From a virus (Duplodnaviria; Caudoviricetes), in the IMG/VR virus record IMGVR_UViG_3300033070_001299, positions 989 through 64,988 of that record: 64,000 nucleotides of DNA, one strand, 5' to 3'. This document shows, in pieces, positions 1 through 7,380 of the stretch; within the stretch, counting starts at the first letter, position 1, and each line of letters starts with the position of its first letter. Under the pieces are notes generated by a model. The model was not told where the DNA came from. It was given only the letters and a program-made list of their open reading frames with translations, and searched no databases. A program made the position numbers and the translations under genes.

Positions 1-41
1 CTCACCTTGGCGGCGCTGGGGCTGCCGGCGGGGCGCCTGGA

Positions 42-227
42 GTGAACCGCCTGCGCCTGTGGTGGGGCGGCGTGACGCTGGCCTACGCGCTGGCCCGCTG
101 GGGCGGCGGCGGGCGCCTGTCCGCCGCGTGGTTCGTCGTCGCCTTCCCCGTCGAGCTGGCGCTGATCCACCACCTGCCCAGGCGCAGCCGGATCCGCCGC
201 TGGCTGGTGAACCCGAGGCGCTGGTGA
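42..227 (+). CDS. small hydrophobic/membrane hypothetical protein
   Basis: 61 aa with hydrophobic stretches; its TGA overlaps the GTG of the next gene (GTGA 224-227). Confidence 0.5.
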   Translation: MNRLRLWWGGVTLAYALARWGGGGRLSAAWFVVAFPVELALIHHLPRRSRIRRWLVNPRRW

Positions 228-1210
228 AGGCCGCCCCGCTGCCCCAGGTGCGCGTCGGCCTGCCCTACCTCACGCACGAGGCCGACCACCCCTTCCTCCA
301 CGCCGTCCGCGCGCTGGGGGCGCCGGTGCTGATCAGCATGGGCAGCCTGTACCGCGAGGCCGAGGGCGGCTTCCGCCGCCTCCCGCTCACCGCCTGGACG
401 GTGGGTGCAGCCCTGGACAGCGCCGGCTTCGTCGCCATGGCCCGGTTCGGCGGCTACCGCTGGACAATCGGCGACTATGTGGAGCAGGTCGTCCTCAACT
501 TCCCCGGCGACGACGAGGAGGACGCCGACGACGATCCCGTGCGCTGCGCCCTGCCCTCGCCGATGGAGTGGTGGAGCGCGCCGGACTACTGCTGCGAGAG
601 GCAGATCGCAGGGAACCGGGCCGAGGTCGAGCGGCGGATCGCGCTCACCGTCGAGGGCTACCGCGACGCCCGCGAGCTGCTGGAGGCGTGGCGGCGCGAG
701 GGCGAGAGCCAGGCGCGCGACCCCATGCCCATCCTCCAGGGCCGGCGCCCCGAGGACTACGTGCTGTGCGCGGAGCAGCTCGCGGCCGCGGCCGACGCCG
801 TAGACCCCTGCACCTGCCCGTCCGGCGACGAGTGGTGCGGCGCGACCTGGCACCGCGACCGGACGGGCCTGCCCGAGCTGGTCGGCGTGGGCTCGGTCTG
901 CACCCGCGCCGTCGGCGGCCCCGAGGGCCTGCTGCCCGTGCTGGAGGCCCTGGACGAGGCGCTGCCCGCCCACGTCCGCCTCCACCTGTTCGGCGTGAAG
1001 GGCGAGGCCCTGTCCAAGCTGGGGCGACTGGCCGGCCGCGTGCAGAGCATTGACTCCATGGCCTGGGACAAGGCGGCGTCCTGGCAGGCCAGCAACGCCT
1101 CGGCGGTCATGGGCGAGCGGGTGTCCTGCACGCTGGACATGCGCGTGATCCACCTGCGCCGCTGGCACGCCGCCCAGGGGGAGCGGCTCCGGCGTCTGGC
1201 GGCGGAGTAG
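224..1210 (+). CDS. dpdA: DpdA-like / queuine tRNA-ribosyltransferase-like (TGT-fold) 7-deazaguanine DNA transglycosylase
   Basis: Motifs ALDSAGF, WWSAPDYCCE, PILQG..PEDY, VGVGSVC, LHLFGVKG and SIDSMAW, in the order typical of phage TGT-like (DUF7221-type) proteins; GTG start 224 coupled to the upstream stop. Confidence 0.8.
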   Translation: MKAAPLPQVRVGLPYLTHEADHPFLHAVRALGAPVLISMGSLYREAEGGFRRLPLTAWTVGAALDSAGFVAMARFGGYRWTIGDYVEQVVLNFPGDDEEDADDDPVRCALPSPMEWWSAPDYCCERQIAGNRAEVERRIALTVEGYRDARELLEAWRREGESQARDPMPILQGRRPEDYVLCAEQLAAAADAVDPCTCPSGDEWCGATWHRDRTGLPELVGVGSVCTRAVGGPEGLLPVLEALDEALPAHVRLHLFGVKGEALSKLGRLAGRVQSIDSMAWDKAASWQASNASAVMGERVSCTLDMRVIHLRRWHAAQGERLRRLAAE

Positions 1211-1358
1211 CTGGGGCCCCGCTTTCCGCTGGGCCGTGGAGCGCTCGGGGCCGAGGCTCTCCACGCGGGCGCGGGATCCGCGCGCCGGAGATCTACCGCG
1301 GCCCCGATCTGCCCGCCAGCGTCGGGCCGGTGTATGCTGGGCGAGCAGGAGACCGACC

Positions 1359-1442
1359 ATGCCACGACCGCCCCCAGCGCCAGCCAGCCCGCCGCCGTGC
1401 CCGAGCCGACGGGGGGCCCGCGAGCTGGGCCGGGGGGCGTGA
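1359..1442 (+). CDS. putative 27-aa Pro-rich leader/micro-ORF
   Basis: Has the genome-typical start context AGGAGACCGACCATG; stop overlaps the GTG of the next gene (GTGA 1439-1442). Confidence 0.45.
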   Translation: MPRPPPAPASPPPCPSRRGARELGRGA

Positions 1443-2053
1443 GCGGCGACGGGGATCGGGACGACCTCGCGCGCGTCCTGGACCGCGCGCGCGACGCCCG
1501 CGAGGCCCTCAGCTCCGGCCGCCTGGAGGTGATCCGGCTGCTGTGGGCGCTGGTGCCCGTGATCGAGCGCGTGGCCCGCCAGGACCCCGGCGCGGCCGCC
1601 GTGCTACGGGAGACCCTGACCACGATCATCGTCGGCCTGGAGATGGAGGGCGCCGTGGGCGGAGACAAGGTGGACTGCGCGCTGTGCCCCGACGCCGTGG
1701 TAGCGGCCGGGAGCATCGTGGCGAAGTGGCGGATCTTCCTCGCGCGGGCAACCCCGCCGCTACACCGCACGAGCCGGATCCTGGAGGCCGAGGAGGTGGA
1801 GGCGGTCGTGGTGGCCGTGCGCCTGGTCGCTGCCCAGGGCGACGCCGCGTGCGAGCGCGCGCTGCTGACCGCGCTGCCCGACGACGTGGCGCTCTGGCTG
1901 TTCGGGGAGAGCGACATTCCCCACGACCAGCTCGTGGCCGCCCTCTCGGCCAGCGTGCAGAAGCTGGCGCTGCTGGTGATCGTGGACCCGACGCCCTGGC
2001 ACCGGCGCGCGCTGGCGTGGCTGGCGAAGCGCAGGCCCCGCCTCCTGCGCTGA
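1439..2053 (+). CDS. hypothetical helical protein
   Basis: Typical codon usage; GTG at 1439 preferred over 1334 because the ATG at 1334 lies in a TATGCT -10-like box and lacks an RBS. Confidence 0.65.
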   Translation: MSGDGDRDDLARVLDRARDAREALSSGRLEVIRLLWALVPVIERVARQDPGAAAVLRETLTTIIVGLEMEGAVGGDKVDCALCPDAVVAAGSIVAKWRIFLARATPPLHRTSRILEAEEVEAVVVAVRLVAAQGDAACERALLTALPDDVALWLFGESDIPHDQLVAALSASVQKLALLVIVDPTPWHRRALAWLAKRRPRLLR

Positions 2054-2054
2054 T

Positions 2055-2106
2055 CGCCGACGCGGAGCCTTCCGACTTGCGCACGGCGCCGCCGTGGCGT
2101 AATCAT
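2055..2106 (+). promoter_or_regulatory. operator-class promoter TTGCGC-17-TAATCA with paired 13-bp operators
   Basis: -35 at 2077, -10 at 2100; CGCCGCCGTGGCG at 2087 and CGCCGACGCGGAG at 2055. Confidence 0.75.
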
Positions 2107-2157
2107 GGGGGACGCGCCCGCCCCGACCAACCCACGCGGGCGCGCGAGGATCCGACC

Positions 2158-2502
2158 ATGACCCCCGAGGAATGCGCGGCCAAGCTGGCCGGCGTCAAGC
2201 CTGCCCAACTGGAGGCCGCCCTGGCCTCCGTGATCGCCGAGATCCTGGACTGGACCAGCAACCCGGAGAACGCCGCCGAGCTGATCGGCCTGGCCTTCGC
2301 TGGCGCCGGCCGGCCCCACGTCGTTGTCGAGGCGCTGGACGCCGACACGTTCAGCATCCACGACCAGCGGCCCGACGGGCTATACGCGGAGGTCGCCTGG
2401 GCGCGCTCGCCGCACCCCGAGGACGACGACGCGGCCTGGATCGTCATCGAGCCCGGCGGCTACAAGGTGGCCGAGCTGGTCTCCATCGGGCGCGAGGGGT
2501 GA
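2158..2502 (+). CDS. hypothetical protein
   Basis: GAGGATCCGACCATG start; stop overlaps the next GTG. Confidence 0.75.
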   Translation: MTPEECAAKLAGVKPAQLEAALASVIAEILDWTSNPENAAELIGLAFAGAGRPHVVVEALDADTFSIHDQRPDGLYAEVAWARSPHPEDDDAAWIVIEPGGYKVAELVSIGREG

Positions 2503-4130
2503 TCGCCGGCCCGCCCGTCCTGTGCGAGCTGTACGCGGGCACCGCGGCGGTCTCGCGCTGGTGCCTCGGCCTGCCCCTGGACCTGGTGTCCTGGCTGGGG
2601 GCGAAGCGCCGCGTCGCTGGTGAGCTGGCCTGCGCGCTCGAGCTCGGCGACCGCCCCACCCTGGGCGGCCTGCTGCTGTGCGACGCCGGGCCCTGGGGCT
2701 GGGTCTGGCCCGCCCTGCTGGACGAGCCCACGCGCGCCGCCGTGGTGGCCGTGCTGCGCCGCTGGGCCAGCACCTGCCCGGCCTGCGAGGGCGCAGCCTC
2801 CGACGGCTGCCCCGTGTGCCAGCGCGCCAGGACGCCGGGCGGCGGGCCGGACGCCTCCGACCTGTGGGCGTGGCTGGCCTCCCAGCCCCCGCGCGCCGAC
2901 CTGGCGGCGCGCGTCTCTCAGCAGCTCTGGCTGCAGGCGCGGTCGGCCTCGGGCGCGGCCATGTGGTGGGACGAGGCACGCTGGTCGCAGGCGGTCGAGG
3001 GCCGCGTGAAGCAGGCCGGCGAGCGCGACAGCGGCTGGAGGAAGGGGCAGAGCGGCGGCCGCCGCGACACCATCGTCGGCCAGCAGGGCGACGGCTCCAA
3101 CAATGGACGGCCGGAGCGCCTGGACGCCTGGCGCATGGGCCACGCCCGCGGCGGGCGCGAGCACGTCATCGGCGAGACCTCGGCCACGCACGACGAGCCG
3201 AAGCAGGATCGTCGCCGCCGCGACGGCACTATCGACGGCTGGCGCATGATGAACAGCGCGGGCCGAGAGTTCGCCGCGGGCCAGAATGGGCCGGGGCCCG
3301 ACGATGGGCGCTGGCTGGCGCAGCACGGCCAGGGCGGCCCCCAGGAGCCGCGGGAGCGGGACACCCTGCGCAGCGCGTCCGAGGGCTGGACCATGTGCGA
3401 CGGCCGCGGCGTGCCCCGCGTCGCCACCGAGAAGGGGCGCGGCGTGCCCAGGCGCGCGCGGGGGATCGTCCGCACCGAGACCCTCGCCGAGCGCGTGGAG
3501 CTGCTGGGGGGCGCGGCGTGGCCGAGCGGCGACCCCGCCTTCGGGGAGCTGATCGCCTCCTGGCTGGTGCTCCAGACGGGCTCGGCGCGCGGCCGCCCGG
3601 TCGAGCTCCAGGACCACGGCTGGCGGACCTACGGCTACGCGCACCTCTCCCGCGGTGCCGTGGCGCGCGGCTTCACCAGCCGCCTCCACCTGCCCCGCGT
3701 CGCCGGCCGCGTGGAGGCCCTGGCCGGCGCGCCATGGCCCAGCACGGCGGTCCTGCACGGCCGCGTCCAGGAGGCGTTCTGGCTGGCGCGCGAGCTGGGG
3801 CCGCGGGCCCGCGTGCTGCTGGACCCGCCCTACCACCGCGACGGCGACCAGGATCGCGACCGCACCGGCTACGGGCAGGACTGCCCGCTGTCCGAGACGC
3901 TCGCCATGGCCGACGAGCTGGCGCGCGCGCGGGCCCGCGTGGTGATCTGCGAGGGCGGCCCGCTGGCCGGCGACCTCGGGCCCGGCTGGCGCAGCTACGA
4001 CCTCACGAGCCGCTACAGCGGCGTGGTGAAGGGCCGCGAGTGGATCACGGTCAACGGGGCGGTCGATCTGAGCCCCGTGGACGTGCGGCCCGAGGACCGG
4101 CGACAGGCGCGGCTCTTCGTCGCTGGCTAA
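2499..4130 (+). CDS. Dam/D12-class-like N6-adenine DNA methyltransferase with large repeat insertion
   Basis: ELYAGTAAV (motif I-like), SWLGAKRR (motif X-like), LLLCD and VLLDPPY (motif IV). Confidence 0.75.
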   Translation: MIAGPPVLCELYAGTAAVSRWCLGLPLDLVSWLGAKRRVAGELACALELGDRPTLGGLLLCDAGPWGWVWPALLDEPTRAAVVAVLRRWASTCPACEGAASDGCPVCQRARTPGGGPDASDLWAWLASQPPRADLAARVSQQLWLQARSASGAAMWWDEARWSQAVEGRVKQAGERDSGWRKGQSGGRRDTIVGQQGDGSNNGRPERLDAWRMGHARGGREHVIGETSATHDEPKQDRRRRDGTIDGWRMMNSAGREFAAGQNGPGPDDGRWLAQHGQGGPQEPRERDTLRSASEGWTMCDGRGVPRVATEKGRGVPRRARGIVRTETLAERVELLGGAAWPSGDPAFGELIASWLVLQTGSARGRPVELQDHGWRTYGYAHLSRGAVARGFTSRLHLPRVAGRVEALAGAPWPSTAVLHGRVQEAFWLARELGPRARVLLDPPYHRDGDQDRDRTGYGQDCPLSETLAMADELARARARVVICEGGPLAGDLGPGWRSYDLTSRYSGVVKGREWITVNGAVDLSPVDVRPEDRRQARLFVAG

Positions 4131-4137
4131 AGAATCT

Positions 4138-4190
4138 CTCCGGGCTGGCGACATTCCGACTTGCGGCCGCGCCATGGCGGCGCTATTGGT
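4138..4190 (+). promoter_or_regulatory. operator-class promoter TTGCGG-17-TATTGG
   Basis: -35 at 4161, -10 at 4184; operators at 4170 and 4138; the ~65-bp block 4137-4203 is nearly identical to 58772-58841. Confidence 0.8.
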
Positions 4191-4211
4191 TGTCCACCTG
4201 GAGCGAATACC

Positions 4212-4394
4212 ATGGCCTACAGCACCGCCAACCTGATCGCCATGATCCGCAAGACCGCCAACTGCCCCGAGCGAGCGATCCTCGACCTCGGCTGGACGCA
4301 GGGCGAGATCGACGCGGCCGTGGCGGGCGGGCTCGTGCGGCGCATCGGTAGCCAGATGGGCCTCGCTACGATCCGCTACCTGCGCGCCGCCTGA
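4212..4394 (+). CDS. small hypothetical protein
   Basis: GGAG RBS and ATG just downstream of the promoter. Confidence 0.7.
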   Translation: MAYSTANLIAMIRKTANCPERAILDLGWTQGEIDAAVAGGLVRRIGSQMGLATIRYLRAA

Positions 4395-4433
4395 CCAGCG
4401 GCCGAACCTCAGCACCCCGAAGGAGCCCCGACC

Positions 4434-5684
4434 ATGAACGCCACCCCGATCTGCTATACCGCCGAGACCCTGGCCCCCCTCAGCCCCAGCGAGCTTTACA
4501 AGCTCTACATGGACATCTTCGGGATCCGCCCCAAGAGCCCGAACGCGACCTACCTGCGCCGCCAGATCCTGGAGGGCCAGGCCCGCCTCGACGCCGAGCG
4601 CGCGGAGCTGGCCGAGCAGCTCCTGCAGGCCGAGCGCCAGGTGGTGCGCGGCGCGGCCGGCGGCGCCAGCGAGGACGAGCTGGGCGCGCTCCAGGCCGCC
4701 TCCGACCAGCGCGCCGCCGCGCTCGAGGCCGCTGGCGGCGACCCGCTGCCCGTGATCGCCCAGGTGGCGGTCGAGGCCGGCGCGAGCCCGGAGCTGGTGC
4801 AGGCGATGGAGGAGTGGGCCGCCAACGCGCCCGCGAGCCCCACCGACGAGCGGGAGTACTCGGAGGCCGAGCTGGCCGCCGCCGAGGCCGACGCGCAGCA
4901 GGCCGCCGACTACGATCTGGTCGCGCACGGCGTGGGCGACGGCTCGGACCTCGCCGCCTTCGCCGGCCAGGACGTGATCCTGCACTACCGGCCGGGCATG
5001 GAGCCCGAGGGCGTGGTGCTGCTCAGCGACCTCGGCGAGATCGTGATCGACGATCCGCGCGCCGATGAGCCCGTGGCGCAGCTCCCGCCCGCCCCCGCGG
5101 ACGCCTTGCTGATCATCAGCCGCGTCCACGAGGACGACATGATCGCCGCCGCTCTGGGCGAGGACCAGCCCGCCGACCTCGCCGCCCAGGCCCACGCCAC
5201 CGTGGCCGCCTTCCTCGAGGCCCGCGGCGTGAAGACCCTCGGCAAGCTCAGCGTCGAGGCCCTGCGCGAGCTGTACCCCCAGGCCGTGGGCCGCGACACG
5301 GGCAGCACGGACAAGGGATACCTCGTGTGGAAGATCCGCGAGGCCACCAAGGGCGCGATCACGCTCGGCCCCGTCCAGCCCCGCGCGGCGGCCCAGCAGG
5401 CGCCCGCCGAGCCGAGGCCGGAGCGCCAGCCGCGCGCCCCCAAGGCCGAGGCCGAGAAAGCCCCCCGCGAGCCCAGCCGGGCCGCCCAGCGCCGCGCCGC
5501 GGGGATCGACCGGCCCGTGCTGCCCCTCGCCATGGAGCGCCCGACCGTGGACGCGCTGGACGCCGCGTGGCGCGCCCTCGGCTTCCCCAGCCGGATCGCC
5601 TTCCTGCGCGTCGCCATCGCCGAGGCCCTCGAGCGTGGCGGGCAGGCCGACGTCGCGGCGCTGGTGCGGGCCGAGGCGGGCTGA
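4434..5684 (+). CDS. DNA-binding protein: two DUF2924-like helical modules plus C-terminal ribbon-helix-helix
   Basis: LSPSELYKLYMDIFGIRPKSPNATYLRRQI and LSVEALRELYPQAVGRDTGSTDKGYLVWKIREA; C-terminal LPLAMERPTVDALDAAWRALGFPSRIAFLRVAIAEAL. Confidence 0.6.
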   Translation: MNATPICYTAETLAPLSPSELYKLYMDIFGIRPKSPNATYLRRQILEGQARLDAERAELAEQLLQAERQVVRGAAGGASEDELGALQAASDQRAAALEAAGGDPLPVIAQVAVEAGASPELVQAMEEWAANAPASPTDEREYSEAELAAAEADAQQAADYDLVAHGVGDGSDLAAFAGQDVILHYRPGMEPEGVVLLSDLGEIVIDDPRADEPVAQLPPAPADALLIISRVHEDDMIAAALGEDQPADLAAQAHATVAAFLEARGVKTLGKLSVEALRELYPQAVGRDTGSTDKGYLVWKIREATKGAITLGPVQPRAAAQQAPAEPRPERQPRAPKAEAEKAPREPSRAAQRRAAGIDRPVLPLAMERPTVDALDAAWRALGFPSRIAFLRVAIAEALERGGQADVAALVRAEAG

Positions 5685-5704
5685 TCGCCGCCGCCCCCAG
5701 CACG

Positions 5705-5735
5705 AGGCCCGCCGCGCGCGGGCCTTCCCTGTCTC
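5705..5735 (+). terminator. possible intrinsic terminator
   Basis: AGGCCCGC-5 nt-GCGGGCCT stem followed by a pyrimidine run, no U-tract. Confidence 0.3.
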
Positions 5736-5761
5736 AACCCCCAGCCCCCAGGATCCTCACC

Positions 5762-6295
5762 ATGCTCGAGCCCGCCTACCTCCACCGCGCCGTCCTGCCC
5801 GACCTCTACGCCCGCGCGCTCACCGAGCCGCGCGCGGCCTACTACACGCTGGGCGGCTTCGCCGACTACAAGCTGGAGGTGGCCGAGAACGAGTGGAGCA
5901 CGATCCAGCGCGTCTCGGTCGGCGGCGGCGTGGTGGGCGGCTACCTCGCCGCGCAGGTGGACCGCGAGGTGCGCCAGGTACGCGACCTGTCCGCCCTGGC
6001 CTTCCGTGGCGCCGGCCAGCGGAGCGGGCTGCTGTTCTCCCGCGACCTGGTGCGCTTCGTTGCTGGGCTGGTGCTCGACTACGGCTTCGAGCGCGTGGCG
6101 TGGTCGGTCGTGGTGGGCAACCCCGCCGAGCAGCTCTACGACCGCGTGCTGCCGAAGCTGGGCGGCCGCGTGTCGGCGCAGTTCCGACGCTGCATCCGGC
6201 GGCCCAACGGCTCGCTCACCGATCAGAAGTGCTACGAAGTGATCCCGCCAGAGCTGACCAGTGATCAGCGGGCAGTGATCGCCGCCATGCGCTGA
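5762..6295 (+). CDS. GNAT-fold (RimJ/RimL-like) acetyltransferase-like protein
   Basis: GYLAAQVDR...FERVAWSVVVGNPAEQLYDR..KLGG pattern of the GNAT C-terminal strand-helix. Confidence 0.55.
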   Translation: MLEPAYLHRAVLPDLYARALTEPRAAYYTLGGFADYKLEVAENEWSTIQRVSVGGGVVGGYLAAQVDREVRQVRDLSALAFRGAGQRSGLLFSRDLVRFVAGLVLDYGFERVAWSVVVGNPAEQLYDRVLPKLGGRVSAQFRRCIRRPNGSLTDQKCYEVIPPELTSDQRAVIAAMR

Positions 6296-6302
6296 TCGCC
6301 GC

Positions 6303-6331
6303 TGGACCGATCATCCTGCACGGTGTACGCT
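6303..6331 (+). promoter_or_regulatory. operator-less (late-type) promoter TGGACC-17-TACGCT
   Basis: 17-bp spacing; lies ahead of the first structural gene. Confidence 0.5.
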
Positions 6332-6351
6332 GCACCCCTCGGAGGTGCCTC

Positions 6352-7329
6352 GTGACCATGCCCGCTCCAGAGCGCGGACCCGCGCCCATCGCCCGTCCCC
6401 GCTTCGTCGCCTGGCTGCCCGACTCGCAGGGCCGCTACCTCGCCACCGCCATCGACAGCTCGCCGGACACCCGCGCCAGCGAGGACCCCGCCGGCCTGTC
6501 CGCGCTGGTGCCCGGCACCATCGTCCAGGACACGGTCCTGGGCTGCATCTGGGTCGCGGGCACCAACGGCGTCCCCGCGAAGTTCACCAGCCTCGCGCTC
6601 GCGCTGTCCACGATCCTCGCCACGGCCAGCACCTGGGCCGCGGTGCAGACCTTCCCCGACGTGGACCTGATCGTGGTGGACCCCGTCGCGCCCACCAAGC
6701 GCGGCCGGCTGGACGCGGGCAACGTGACCGCCGGCCAGACGCGGATCCTCTACCTGCCCGACCAGGACCTGGACCTGGCCGCCGTGATCGCCGAGCTGGC
6801 GGCCATCGTGGCGGAGAACACCGACGTAGTCGTGGGCATGGACCTCGCCCAGCGCGTGGACGTGTCGGGCGTGTGGACGCTCACCCGCGTCGGCGCTGCG
6901 GTCTACGTGCTCACCCGCACGGCCGGCGCCGCGACCGAGGCCGTGGCTTTCCGCGCGACCACGCTGCGCCAGCGCACCACGGCCAGCAAGGGCCTCAAGA
7001 TCACGGGCTGCCGGATCAAATACAAGGTCGAGACCGCCGACCTGAACGATCTGACCGTCTCTGGCGCGTTCTCGATCATGCCAGCCACGGGCGCGGCCGT
7101 CGCCGCCGCGACCAGCCTGGGGACGGTCACCTACGACGCGGCCCACGACACCACGGGCGAGAGAAAGGCCATCGGGGAGCACACCCTGACCGCCACCTTC
7201 GGGACGCCAGTGTACCTGTCCGAGGGCGAGGTGGAGCTGCTGGTGACCGTCGACGCGGCGCTCACCAGCGCGCTCACGATCAACAAGGTCGAGCTGCTCT
7301 GCGCCGAGACCATCGTCGACGCGGCGTAG
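6352..7329 (+). CDS. putative virion structural/decoration protein
   Basis: Beta-rich, Thr/Ala/Val-rich; PTKRGRLDAGNVTAGQTRILYLPD motif seen in phage fibre/structural proteins; lies upstream of portal. Confidence 0.55.
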   Translation: MTMPAPERGPAPIARPRFVAWLPDSQGRYLATAIDSSPDTRASEDPAGLSALVPGTIVQDTVLGCIWVAGTNGVPAKFTSLALALSTILATASTWAAVQTFPDVDLIVVDPVAPTKRGRLDAGNVTAGQTRILYLPDQDLDLAAVIAELAAIVAENTDVVVGMDLAQRVDVSGVWTLTRVGAAVYVLTRTAGAATEAVAFRATTLRQRTTASKGLKITGCRIKYKVETADLNDLTVSGAFSIMPATGAAVAAATSLGTVTYDAAHDTTGERKAIGEHTLTATFGTPVYLSEGEVELLVTVDAALTSALTINKVELLCAETIVDAA

Positions 7330-7380
7330 TCCGGGGAGCGCGCAGGCGCGCCAGCGGGTAGGATCGGGCCCGAGGTGAAC

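Noticed and set aside
59-223. N-terminal extension of the DpdA-like ORF
   Set aside because: R/P-rich junk overlapping ORF 42-227; the GTGA-coupled start at 224 is more plausible
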